From NCBI GenBank assembly GCA_043228905.1, contig JBHGNT010000010.1:8246001-8310000 (forward strand): a DNA stretch of 64,000 bases, in the 5' to 3' direction. The first letter of the stretch is position 1. Each line of letters begins with the position of its first letter. This DNA comes from Azolla caroliniana. Its lineage: Eukaryota > Plantae > Polypodiophyta. Positions 49,957 to 61,859 of this stretch are shown one piece after another. Made by a program: the position numbers and the translations under genes. The notes below the pieces were generated by a model that saw nothing but the letters and a program-made list of their open reading frames with translations, did not search any database and was not told the origin of the DNA.

Positions 49957-52900
49957 TGTTGAAAAACAGTGCTCGGCCACAACCGAGGAACTAGATCGAT
50001 CAACTCACAGAAAACGGGAAATACAATATGCACGAAGACAACTGAGAGAAAGGTACACAGGATGTTTTACGTGGAAAACCCTAAATGGGAAAAAACCACG
50101 GGAGTCCTCAAACTCCAACTATCACTATAAACAGAGGTGTACAATGGTGAAGCTACAAGGCAACAACCTTGAGCTCACTGTCTTCGCCACAGGCGGCGGT
50201 AATACACAGAGGCAACGACCTCTTCGTCTCTCTCTCTTTCTCTCTCTCGGCTGCTCTCTCTTCGCATGAAAAATAAGCAACAACATTTAAACTGTTTGCC
50301 CTAAGTCATATTTATACACATATGACTTTCGGGCTATTTACAAATATAACCTCAAAGGGCTCTTGGCAAAACATATTCACAAATATGTCCCCGCATCCGG
50401 ATCTCTCTCCGGGTACATTCGTCATCCGGCTCTGTTACCGGGGTCTTCAGCATCCGGCTCCGTAGCCAGGGTCTTCATCATCCGGCTCCGTAACCGGAAC
50501 CGGGCTTGCCGTCATCCGGATCTCCGGACATCCCATCCGGAGGGACCGAAATCCCAACAAGCTCCCCCTTCACTTCGGCATGGGATGTCTCTCCAACCCG
50601 ATCCTCTTCCGGCATGCTTCCAGTTTGTCGGGTGTGAGCACCTTGGTCAGCATATCCGAACCGTTCTCGTCCGTGTGGATCTTCGTCAGCACGAACTCCT
50701 TGTCTTCTATCCTTTCCCGGATCCAGTGGTATCTACGCTGGATGTGTTTCGTCCGGGAATGGTAGGCCGCGTTCTTTGCAAGGTGGATGGCACTCTGACT
50801 ATCGCAGTAGAGTCGGTACTCCTCCTGCCAGATCCCGAGCTCTCTAATGAAGTCCTTCATCCATATTATTTCCTTGCCGGCTTCAACAGCTGCCATGTAC
50901 TCCGCCTCCGTGGTTGACAACGCAACCGTCTTCTGCAGCCTCGACTGCCACGAAACGGCTCCCCCTGCATAGGTCATTACATACCCTGATGTAGACCGGC
51001 TGGTATCCGCATCAGCCGACATGTCCGAATCGGTAAATCCATCGAGTTCGGGCTTACCGGAGCCGAATCGGAGGCACATGTTCGAAGTGCCCTTTAAGTA
51101 TCGGAGTATCCATTTGACCGCGTTCCAGTGCTCCTTGCCGGGATTGCTCATGTACCGGCTCACCACTCCGACTGCATATCCTATGTCCGGTCTCGTACAC
51201 ACCATGGCGTACATCAAGCTCCCGACGGCTGAGGTATACGGCACTTTCATCATATCCTCCTTTTCAGCCTTTGTCTTGGGACTTTGCTTGCTGGACAGCT
51301 TGCAGTTTGCCGGGAGGGTCGATCCGACCGGTCTTGCTTCCGACATGTTGAACCGGTGAAGCACCTTCGTCACGTACTTCTCCTGTGACAGCCACAACTG
51401 CTTCTTCTTCCGGTCCCGGATGATGTGCATCCCTAGTATTTGCCTCGCCGGACCCAGGTCCTTCATTGAGAAGGTTCGGTGAAGAGCCTTCTTCAGCATC
51501 CGTATCTTGACCTGGTCCCGTCCGACGATCAACATGTCGTCCACGTACAGGAGGAGTATTAGAAAGTCTCCTCCTTCAAACTTCTTCACAAACACGCAGT
51601 GGTCGGACTGCGTTTTGAGATACCCTTCGTCGGTCATGAAGGAGTCGAACTTCCGGTACCATTGCCGGGGAGCCTGCTTTAGTCCGTAAAGGCTCTTCTT
51701 CAACCGGCATACCAGGTGCTCCTTCCCTTTCTTCTCGAATCCTTCCGGTTGCTGCATGTAGATCTCTTCTTCGAGGTCACCGTGAAGGAATGCCGTCTTC
51801 ACGTCCATCTGTTCTACTTCGAGGTCCATGCTTGCCGCTATGCTCAGCACCGTCCGGATGGAGGTCATCTTCACTACCGGGGCAAATATCTCGTCGAAGT
51901 CGACGCCCTTCTTCTGCTGGAACCCCTTCACCACGATCCTGGCTTTGTATCTCGGGGGTTTTCCGGCATCTCCCGGTTTCAGCTTGAACACCCACTTGTT
52001 TCGAAGTGCCCGCTTTCCTTTCGGCAACTCCACAAGTTCATATGTGTGGTTCTCATGCAGGGAATCCATCTCCTCCTGCATGGCACTTAACCACCTGCGG
52101 CTATGGGTGTCAAGCTTTGCTTCTTCAAAACTCTCCGGCTCCCCCTCGTCGGTCAGCAGCACGTGCTCAGGTTCCGGAAATCTCCGGGGGGCCCTTCTCT
52201 CTCTTAGAGGATATCTCCGTTCCGGAGCTTCGGTAACCGGCTCCTCCGTTTCCTCTTCATCCGAATCCATTTCGGGATCGGGGCCGGTTCCGGTATCAGT
52301 TTCATCTTCCTCGGCCGGTTCTGTTTCTTCACCGTCTTCGGCCGGATCCTCGAGTGCTAACCGGTCCCTTGCCGGTCGGGACTGCTCCTCGTAGAGTTTA
52401 TCCTCACCGGTCGACTTGGAGCTCTTCATCTTCTTCTCCGACTCCCAGTCGGCTAGTGTCTTGTCCTCCATGAAGATGATATCTCGACTCCTGAATATCT
52501 TCTTGTCGACCGGGTCCCATACTCGGTAGCCGAACTCGTCGTCGCCGTAACCGAGGAATATGCATGGCCGGGTCTTTGGATCTAACTTTCCTCTCCGGTC
52601 CTTTGCCACATGCACGTATGCGAGACACCCGAACACCTTCAGATGCCGGTAGGACACTTCCTTACCGGTCCACACTTTCTGCGGCGTGTCTCCGTCCAAA
52701 GGTACTGAGGGTGATCTATTTATCACATACGTCGCCGTCGACATTGCCTCAGCCCAAAATCCCTTGGGTAATTTCGCATGCGCCAGCATACTCCGGACCC
52801 TCTCCATTATGGTCCGGTTCATCCTCTCGGCCAGCCCGTTCAGTTCCGGCGTCTTCGGCACTGTAAACTCGAGCCGGATTCCCTTCGAGCGACAGTACTC

Positions 52901-55277
52901 CTGGAACTGCCCCCGGTATTCCCCTCCGTTATCCGCTCGTATCGCTTTCAGCTTCTTGCCGGATTCCCTTTCCACTCTCGCGTGGAGATCTTTGAAGACG
53001 GACAACACTTGGTCCTTTGTCTTCAACGGTGCCGTCCACAGCTTCCGGCTGTGATCATCAATGAATGTCACGAAGTACTGGGCTCCGCCATGTGACTTCG
53101 TTTCTACCTGACACACATCAGTGTGCACCAGCTCCAATGGTGCGCTACGTCTCGTCGGTGGCCTTGAGTGGAAGGAGGTCCGGTTTTGCTTACCGGCCAG
53201 GCAGTCGGTGCACTTCTCCAGGTGCACATGCTTCACTGGAATAAGGTTGTCTTCTGCAAGTCTCTTCATCCCCTTCTCACTCATGTGGCACAGTCTTTTG
53301 TGCCACAGCTCACCGGCAGTGTCGGCTGCCACATTCAGCTCTTCCGGACATAACCGGGCATTCATCAGGTATAGAGTGTTGACCTTCCGGGCCCGAGCCA
53401 CTATCAGGCTCGCTTTGCTGAACTTCATGACACCGTTCCGGATGCTGCCCGTGTAGCCTTCATCGTCTAGCCTCCCGGCCGAGATCAGGTTCAATCGGAC
53501 CTCCGGAACGTGTCGAACATCCTTCAGCAGCATCTTGCATCCGGTTGATGTCATCAGCCACACGTCTCCTATGCCGGCAATCCGGCATGTACCTTCATTT
53601 CCCATCCGGACACAGCCGTGCTCACCGGCTGTGTAGGATGAGAAGTATTTCTTCTCCGGGGTCAGGTGGAACGACGCTCCGGAATCGACCACCCAGGTCA
53701 TCTCTTCACCGGCAAGGTTCAGCTCCCTCTCTTCGGTAATGAGCATTATCTCTTCTTCACTTGCCGCGAGTGCCGTCGTTCCTTTCCGGTCCTGCCCTCG
53801 CCGATCCGGACCTCTCCGGTCCGTGGCTCCCCGGTATGCACCGTTTCTCTCCGGTGACTTCTTCGAATCGGTGTCGTCGGCTCCGTTGTCCTTTCGGTAA
53901 TGCCGACAATTCTTCCGGAAGTGCCCCGTCTTCCCACAGTGAAAGCATGTGGGCCTTCCTCTTGACTGCGACCGGGTCCCCGACTTCTCCCGTCTTTGCG
54001 GACTCCGGTTCCGATGTCTTCCCCATTCCGATTCGGTAAGCAGCGCCTTCGAGTCGGAGGCCGGTTCTTTATCTCTCCGACGCGCTTCTTCGTTCAAAAT
54101 GCTTGTCTTTACCGTTTGTAGAGACAAGTTATCTTCGGTGCAGGAGGTGCTGAGAGTCACCACCAAGTTCTCCCAGCTTTCCGGCAATGTACACATCAGA
54201 ATGATGGCTTGCATTGCATCCTCCAACGGGAACTTGATCGCCGCAAGCTGGTTCACGAATCCCATGAACGTGCTTACGTGTTCCACCATACTCTCGCCGT
54301 CCCGGTACTTGAGGTTCACTATCTTTCTCATCAGGGAGGTCCGGTTCAACGCATTCTTCCTCTCGTAGAGGCCCGACAGCTTCCTCCACATCTCATATGC
54401 GTTGGTGTCGTTCGCCACGTGTTGTAGAACGCTCACGTCGACGTATTGCCGAATGGTTGCAACGGCTTTCCGGTTCAGAAGCCTCCACTCCGTCTCAAGT
54501 ACCCCCTTGGGTATTTCCGACCTGTCGATCGGTTCATACAGGTCCCGAACAATGAGCAGATCCTCCATCTTTATCTTCCAGTCGGCGTAGTTCTGCGCGT
54601 TCAGCACCATCATCCCCGGCTGCCCGCTGCTGCCGCCTTCCATTTTCTGTGTTACCGTCGCTCTAATACCAATTTGTTGAAAAACAGTGCTCGGCCACAA
54701 CCGAGGAACTAGATCGATCAACTCACAGAAAACGGGAAATACAATATGCACGAAGACAACTGAGAGAAAGGTACACAGGATGTTTTACGTGGAAAACCCT
54801 AAATGGGAAAAAACCACGGGAGTCCTCAAACTCCAACTATCACTATAAACAGAGGTGTACAATGGTGAAGCTACAAGGCAACAACCTTGAGCTCACTGTC
54901 TTCGCCACAGGCGGCGGTAATACACAGAGGCAACGACCTCTTCGTCTCTCTCTCTTTCTCTCTCTCGGCTGCTCTCTCTTCGCATGAAAAATAAGCAACA
55001 ACATTTAAACTGTTTGCCCTAAGTCATATTTATACACATATGACTTTCGGGCTATTTACAAATATAACCTCAAAGGGCTCTTGGCAAAACATATTCACAA
55101 ATATGTCCCCGCATCCGGATCTCTCTCCGGGTACATTCGTCATCCGGCTCCGTTACCGGGGTCTTCAGCATCCGGCTCCGTAGCCAGGGTCTTCATCATC
55201 CGGCTCCGTAACCGGAACCGGGCTTGCCGTCATCCGGATCTCCGGACATCCCATCCGGAGGGACCGAAATCCCAACA
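49957..55277 (-). mobile_element. Very young, structurally intact Ty1/copia element (Tnt1/Tork-like)
   Basis: 603-bp LTRs 49957-50559 and 54675-55277 (one substitution seen); TSD CCTAC; PBS TGGTATTAGAGC (one mismatch to tRNA-iMet); PPT GAAGGGGGAG. Confidence 0.97.
50570..54643 (-). CDS. Intact copia gag-PR-IN-RT-RNase H polyprotein, 1357 aa from the ATG at 54643
   Basis: Uninterrupted ORF with CCHC, DSGAS, integrase D-D-E (HTDVC, ADNGGEY, AERMN), YVDD and RNase H (TDSD, EAEY, CDSQSA, SDMLTK). The upstream extension in the ORF track runs through the LTR/PBS and is not considered coding. Confidence 0.95.
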   Translation of the reverse strand: MEGGSSGQPGMMVLNAQNYADWKIKMEDLLIVRDLYEPIDRSEIPKGVLETEWRLLNRKAVATIRQYVDVSVLQHVANDTNAYEMWRKLSGLYERKNALNRTSLMRKIVNLKYRDGESMVEHVSTFMGFVNQLAAIKFPLEDAMQAIILMCTLPESWENLVVTLSTSCTEDNLSLQTVKTSILNEEARRRDKEPASDSKALLTESEWGRHRNRSPQRREKSGTRSQSRGRPTCFHCGKTGHFRKNCRHYRKDNGADDTDSKKSPERNGAYRGATDRRGPDRRGQDRKGTTALAASEEEIMLITEERELNLAGEEMTWVVDSGASFHLTPEKKYFSSYTAGEHGCVRMGNEGTCRIAGIGDVWLMTSTGCKMLLKDVRHVPEVRLNLISAGRLDDEGYTGSIRNGVMKFSKASLIVARARKVNTLYLMNARLCPEELNVAADTAGELWHKRLCHMSEKGMKRLAEDNLIPVKHVHLEKCTDCLAGKQNRTSFHSRPPTRRSAPLELVHTDVCQVETKSHGGAQYFVTFIDDHSRKLWTAPLKTKDQVLSVFKDLHARVERESGKKLKAIRADNGGEYRGQFQEYCRSKGIRLEFTVPKTPELNGLAERMNRTIMERVRSMLAHAKLPKGFWAEAMSTATYVINRSPSVPLDGDTPQKVWTGKEVSYRHLKVFGCLAYVHVAKDRRGKLDPKTRPCIFLGYGDDEFGYRVWDPVDKKIFRSRDIIFMEDKTLADWESEKKMKSSKSTGEDKLYEEQSRPARDRLALEDPAEDGEETEPAEEDETDTGTGPDPEMDSDEEETEEPVTEAPERRYPLRERRAPRRFPEPEHVLLTDEGEPESFEEAKLDTHSRRWLSAMQEEMDSLHENHTYELVELPKGKRALRNKWVFKLKPGDAGKPPRYKARIVVKGFQQKKGVDFDEIFAPVVKMTSIRTVLSIAASMDLEVEQMDVKTAFLHGDLEEEIYMQQPEGFEKKGKEHLVCRLKKSLYGLKQAPRQWYRKFDSFMTDEGYLKTQSDHCVFVKKFEGGDFLILLLYVDDMLIVGRDQVKIRMLKKALHRTFSMKDLGPARQILGMHIIRDRKKKQLWLSQEKYVTKVLHRFNMSEARPVGSTLPANCKLSSKQSPKTKAEKEDMMKVPYTSAVGSLMYAMVCTRPDIGYAVGVVSRYMSNPGKEHWNAVKWILRYLKGTSNMCLRFGSGKPELDGFTDSDMSADADTSRSTSGYVMTYAGGAVSWQSRLQKTVALSTTEAEYMAAVEAGKEIIWMKDFIRELGIWQEEYRLYCDSQSAIHLAKNAAYHSRTKHIQRRYHWIRERIEDKEFVLTKIHTDENGSDMLTKVLTPDKLEACRKRIGLERHPMPK

Positions 55278-58200
55278 CCTACTTCAGTCCGTACAAGCTC
55301 TTCTTCAACCGGCAAACCAGGTGCTCCTTCCCTTTCTCCACGAATCCTTCCGGTTGCTGCATGTAGATCTCCTCTTCGAGGTTACCGTGAAGGAATGTCG
55401 TCTTCACGTCCAGCTGCTCTACCTTGAGGTCCATACTTGCCGCTATACTCAGCACCGTCCGGTGTCGCGAAGTTTCACGTTTGCATGTAAGAAGAGGTGG
55501 GACCACGGGGGTTTTGGACCAAGGAGAGAGTGAGAGAGAGAGAGAAAGAGATGCAGATACACGAAAAGAAAATAAGAGCAAGAGAGAATCCGATTACTAT
55601 TATCAGTAGCTTACAACTCGAATAGTTACAACCGGCAACCCGGTAATGGACCTAACACGGGGTCCTACCCACACACACAGACAACCGCCACACGACTCGA
55701 AGAAACAACAAAAAAAAGAAGGGGGAGAGCCTCTGCTTGAAGCACACGGGCTGTCCACGAAGCAGAGGCAGCGAACTCCCGACACCCCCAGAGAACGACG
55801 ATCCGAGGAGAGAGAGCTCGGCACTTGGTTCTGCAGCAGCACCTCGTCCTCGCCAACACGCGATCCGTTTTCTTCCTTCTCTCCCTCCTTAAATAGTTTA
55901 TTCCCTGTCCCTTTCGACAGAGATACGCACAAATCCCCTAATAAATGTGTACTACCTAGTATTTACATCAACCGACCTAATTATGAATCATGTACAAAAT
56001 ATCAATTCTCGCGTCCACCCATGTAAGAGCCGGTTCATGCGCCTTTTTCTCTGATTCCGCCTATGGCCGGTTTTCTTCACGACATCCACCCCCACCAATC
56101 TGCGCATCCACCGGCATGCGCCAGAGATGGGCAGATACCGAAGAAAACCGGCTTCACTCGTTGCTCTCCGATTCTTCGTCGGGCCCGAACGCATCGTCGT
56201 CGTCGCTCTTGCTCGCCGGCTCCGGCTGGTCTTCGAACTGCTTCTTGAACACTTTGATCCGCTTCCCGGCCACCGGTACCGCTAACCGTGTTCCGTCAAG
56301 TTCTGCAAGGTGGTACGTGCCGTTGTCATTCGCGCTCGTCACCGTGTAGGGCCCGAACCATCTCCTAGCGAACTTTCGCACCGCCTTGTGCCGATTGTCG
56401 AGGCTGATGTCGTATACCAAGACCAAGTCGCCTTCCTCGACCTTCTTTGGTCGCAACCGGTGCGTCTGGTTGAACCGGGTCCTGTTCCGCTCCCTTGCCG
56501 CTCGCAACTTTTTCTTCGCCCGTTTCATGTCCTCCGGCCTCCGCTCGAGTTGCCGAATCTGCGCCGCCAGCAACTCCTCCCGGCTCATCTCGTCCTTCCA
56601 ATCTACCGCCGCCCACGAAGAAACTATCCGTTCCACCGGCATGATCGGTTTCTGGTCCATACATCAGCTCTGTCGGCATAAACCCTGTCACCGAACTATG
56701 CGTAGTTCGGTCCGCCCATAGTGCATAAGGAAGGAGCCGCGGCCAATTCCCAACCTGCCCTCCGCATGCACGCACCAACGCCTTTACGATCGGCCCGTAC
56801 CCACATTCTACCTTCCCGTTCGCCTCTGGATTGTACGCCATAGTGAGGGAGAGTTTGACCCCTAGCCGGTCGAATAGCTCCTCAGCTTCCCGCATATCCA
56901 GCTCTCCCCGGTCCGCCACGATCCTCCCGACGCACCCATACCGACACACCACCTCTTTGATCAGGAACCGGCATACCGCCGCGGTTTTCTTGTTGTGCAG
57001 TGCACGGCCTTCCACCTGGTTTGTTAAGTCTTCCCGCGCAAGCACCAGGTATCGCATTTGTCCTACTCCCATCAGCATCGTCACCAAGTCCACCATCCAC
57101 TTAAAATGGACTGTAGGTAGGTAGGTTAGGTGTAGCTCGTCCCGATGTCAGACTACGGAGTGCATCTGACAGCTTTCGCAAGTCGTTACGAACCGATGCA
57201 CGTCCCGATACAGCCCCGACCACAAGTACTTCTCCTTCAGCTTCTCGAATATGGCCCACGTTTCGCGGTGCCCGGCTCACAGACTCTCGTGAAATGCCGC
57301 CAGTAATTCCTCCTGTTCTTCTTTCTTTGCCACTACTCGGAGCGGGATGCCGTTTCTTTTCTTTGGGTGCCTCCATATGCACCCGTCCCGTAGGAAGAAT
57401 CAGTACGCCTTCTTCCGTACCCGGCTTGCCTCTTCTCTCGTCCACGCTGCGTCCAACGTCATCGCCCGTAGGAACCTCCCTATTTGGAGCCACTCCCCGT
57501 CGTACCTGCTTTCGTCAAATTCGTTAATCGCTGGAGTGTCCCCTTTCCTCGTCGTCCATCCGAAGAAGTCCTCGCCGACTTCTTCGTCATCCGAAACCAT
57601 GCCGTCTTCGTCGTTGAACCTCGCTCTCGAAAGCATGTCGGCCATGGTGTTATCTTTTCCAGAGATGTGCTGTATCTCCGGGTTCAGGGACTTAATGTAC
57701 GCTATCCACCGGAGCATTGCTAGGTCCGGCGTCGCACATCCGGAAACCATGCCGAGTATCGGCAGGCAATCCATCTCGATGATCACTTCCGTCCCGACCA
57801 CATAGTCCTTGTCGGCCTTGACTGCCGAAACGATACCCCAAAGCTCGCGCTTAACTTGGGCGTATCCTCGTTGCCGCTCGCTCAATACCTTCGCCTCGAA
57901 CCGGATCGGGAACCGAATGCCGTCCTTGTCCTCCTGACTGATTACCCACCCGTTCCCGGTCGGGCTCGTGTCCACTGTCACGCAAATGGGGACTTCCTTG
58001 CTGTAAACCGCTTTTCGGAGAGCCGGTGCCGCAGCAAGCGCCTCCTTCATCCTCCGGACCGACTCCGTGTGCTCCGTCCTCCACTCGAACCTACGCCCTT
58101 TCTTCAATAGTCCGTAGAGCGGCTCCACAACATGCGCATAGTGCGGAATCCAGATGTGGTAGAACACGCACGCCCCCAAGAATCTGCGGACCTCCGTAAC

Positions 58201-58749
58201 CGACCCGCAATCGTCCTTCATCGCGGAGATGGCTTCTACCTTTGCCGGAGACGGTTTCCTACCGTATGGCCCGCACAGGTGTCCGACCACCAAGATCTCT
58301 GACAGCCCGAATGCCGATTTTTCTCTAGAGAAGGTGAGTTATGCGCTCTCGAGCCTCTGCAACACCCTCTCACAGTCGTTGATGTGGTTCACGACGAACC
58401 TCCGACATCCGTCTGTCTGGCCCGACAGTCTCGTCCACATCTTCCACCGGACACCCCTTTATCGGGATGTCGTCCAAGAATGGCATGGTGATGTCCGGGA
58501 TGCAGTCCCTCAGCATATGCGCCACCGAATTCGTCCCGTCTTGTGGTAGGGTACACATCCGTACTAGGCCGAGAGGAATTCGCATCGTCGTGATATCCCT
58601 GCTCTCCACGACTAGCTGGAACAGGTCGTACCCCGAGTATAAGTCACCGACCGAATAGATCGACCTTCCAGCGAAGGCCTCCATGAACTCGTCTATGGTC
58701 GGTCCGATTCCTGCATTACGGATGGTCACCCTGTTGACCGGTTGCAGGT

Positions 58750-61700
58750 TGTTACCCCGTACGAGATGTACGGAGAGTCAAGTGTGATGAGCGAGGGTTG
58801 AATGTTATCATGATGTTGTGTATGTGTAGGGGGCATAAATGTAATTGTGAGTCTATACGTATGTGAACACATGCACACGTGTGTGCATGTGGATGGATAC
58901 GAGGAGGTGTGAGTGAGTGTCCAATATGAATGCTCGAGGGGGCTTACACCCCTATGTATCTACCCCCTCTTGTACTATTTAACCCCTTATGGGGAATGAA
59001 TGAAACATGAATGAACTATTTCTCTCTATCTCTCTTTTCATCTCTCTCTCTCTCTCTCTCTCTCTCCCCCTCAACGTTGAACCCCCTTGGGAGGGGGGTG
59101 GAGCCATTCTAGGCACCACCCCCCACCCCGCAATGCTTCTCTATATGATCTCTCTCACCATCATACTCTCCATCACCATGTCTATCTTCATTACCTATCA
59201 TCATAGTTGTCATTCATCATCGTTGTCGTCCTTAACCCTAACCCTAAAACGTACAACACCTTTTGGCGACCACTAAGGCGACCCCCCTTTGGAGACGGAG
59301 TCGAAGAATGATACGCGACAATGTGAGGCATAGTGATGATGATATTTAAGAGATGTCCAAGTAATGATGGCGATATGCAACAAAAGGCGGAAGAAATCAG
59401 AAATGGAAGATTGACAAGATTGACTGCTGCACAATTCTACAACAAATTAATCTCTATATGTGAATGTTTTGTGTGGTCTGTTTTTGCCCTAAATGTCCGA
59501 GAAATGTTGGCCAAGATTTACAAAAACGGTGTCAATGCATGAGAGGAAGTTGCAAAACAAGTTGCAAAAGGATGGCGTTACATGAGTGTGCGAGAATGGA
59601 AATGACAATGTGCAAATGTGGGGTTAGCAACAACGTGTGCGTGTTCCAAGGAGACTGCGGAGGAAGACGCAATGTGTGGAGCGTGGGCCAGCAAGATGTG
59701 CGGGACCGGAATGGGACGTGTTCACAGTTTCCAGTTTCCAGAGAAGCAACGCGGAAAAAGTTGGAACCAGAACAAGAGTTGGTTGGCACCGAAGCGGCCG
59801 TAATGGCCGGGCGGCCGTCAGAGTAGACAAAGCCGAAACAGCAACAGTGACGCCGAAAAGCGACGGACGGAGAGACAACCGTCAGATATCAACGGCTGAC
59901 AACCGGATGACGACTGAACAAACCGGCCACGCGACTGCAGACCGGCCGGACAGGGTTGACGAAGATGAGAGAGGCTTCAGGAACGGTCATCACCAACCGA
60001 CAGCAGCCGGAGCGGCCGGAGGGCCGAACAAGGTCAGGGAAGCAAACAGGCCGCCAGGATGACGGACGGTGTCGGACGACGACGAAACCGACAGAGGGAA
60101 CGACGGCCAGATGGCCACCGTACGGAGAGCGGCTGAAGCATGGTGGATGAAGTACTAGCCGAAGAGCGAGCGACCGGTATGGCGGCCAAACAACGGCTGG
60201 AGAGCGGCCAGAATGCTGGACAAATGGCCGGACGACGACGACGCTATACGGTAGAGGCCGGATAGTGGCAGCGGACGGCAACCCGAAACACTACACAACA
60301 GTCAAAGAGTGGCTAAAGAGCAGCGGCCAAAGAGTGTGCAGAGCGGCCAAGCGACGGACGAGGTTGGACTACGACGAACCGGCAGAAACGGAAACAGGGT
60401 TGACATAGACAACAACGACACTAAATGATGCAGAACAGCTACAGAAAACGACGTTCGGACAGCCACATCCGAACATCGAAGGACACCGATGGCAAGGACA
60501 CCGACGACAACGGAACCGGGGCCGGAAAAAAAAAAAAAAAAAAACAAAGACTGAGACAACCAAATACTGAGACGGAGATGAACAGAGAAGGTCAGACAGA
60601 CACAGACAAAAACAGAGAGTGACAGCCACGGACAATGGACATACCGGTGGGGAAACAAGGAAGAAAAACGAGAAAAGAGGATGAAGATAAAAAGAAGAGA
60701 AAGATGAAGCAGAATCAGAAAAGAAGAAGAAGAAGAAGAAGAAGAACAGGAAGGAGACATGTAGTCGTTGATGAATAGAGAAGGAAACAGACAGAAAACA
60801 AAGAGCTGTCAAAATAGAAAAGAACAAAGAAGAAATGAGGAAAGAGAAAAAGACAAAAAAGGGAAGAAAAATAGAGAAAGGGCAAGAGGGAATGATAGGG
60901 GTATGGAACATAATTTTAAAACATGAGGGTATTTGATAATATTTTAAAAACAAAGGGTAGCAACCTAAAATTTCATAAACTTGAGGGCACCGACGAAATT
61001 GTAAAAACTCATCCACCTAGAGAAATGGATGTGATCAACAACGAAAACTCACACAAAATTAAAGGAAGAACAGACATACACACAACGTGCTTTTGGACCC
61101 ATGATGAAGTTCGTAAGCCGACAGAACGAGAATGTTTGTGTCGCGGACGATTTGCTGACCGACAAAGATGTTCGAGTCAAGCATTCCGATCGAGGGAGTC
61201 GATCGTTGAAAGGACCGATGGAAGTTCCGGTCGAAGAAATATCATCATCAAGGCATGTGGGATCGACGTGCAAGGCACTTTCCCACGGGCGTGCCATATT
61301 GTGTTACCCCATATGAGATGTACGGAGAGTCAAGTGTGATGAGCGAGGGTCGAATGTTATCATGATGTTGTGTATGTGTAGGGGGCATAAATGTAATCGT
61401 GAGTCTATACGTATGTGAACACATGCACACGTGTGTGCATGTGGATGGATACGAGGAGGTGTGAGTGAGTGTCCAATATGAATGCTCGAGGGGGCTTACA
61501 CCCCTATGTATCTACCCCCTCTTGTACTATTTAACCCCTTATGGGGAATGAATGAAACATGAATGAACTATTTCTCTCTATCTCTCTTTTCATCTCTCTC
61601 TCTCTCTCTCTCTCTCTCCCCCTCAACGTTGAACCCCCTTGGGAGGGGGGTGGAGCCATTCTAGGCACCACCTCCCACCCCACAATGCTCATCAATGTCA

Positions 61701-61859
61701 TCCTTACCCCGCAATGCTTCTCAATAATTCTCAACATCTTCATGTCAATCTCTCTCACCATCATACTCTTCATCATCTTTGCTATTTCACCATGTCTATC
61801 TTCGTCATCGTTAACCATCATCATCCTTAACCCTAACCCTAACTCTAAAACCTATAACA
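58750..61859 (+). mobile_element. Non-autonomous, apparently non-coding LTR retroelement (TRIM/LARD-like), 3110 bp
   Basis: LTRs 58750-59258 and 61302-61859 (TG...CA); TSD CAGGT; PBS TGGCGACCAC at 59264 (tRNA-Arg-like); about 2 kb interior without recognisable gag/pol motifs. Confidence 0.88.

Larger units (their letters stand above)
48127..55462 (-). mobile_element. Older Tork-like copia element (3' LTR, RNase H, RT), split by the 49957-55277 element and by a gypsy at 55463
   Basis: 3' LTR 48127-48837 (TGCTC...GAGCA); PPT GAAGGGGGAG; RNase H 48848-49300; RT pieces 49403-49956 and 55278-55462 join across TSD CCTAC. Confidence 0.9.

Noticed and set aside
42859-54712. Numerous antisense and alternative-frame ORFs over the copia pol regions
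   Set aside because: Shadow ORFs expected from GC-rich coding sequence; their recurrence just reflects the duplicated elements.
54644-54751. N-terminal extension of the 1393-aa ORF in the track
   Set aside because: It runs through the LTR and PBS; the sister element supports a start at MEGG (54643).
59464-61339. ORFs inside the non-coding LTR element as captured genes
   Set aside because: Low-complexity, overlapping on both strands, with no recognisable domain or splice pattern.
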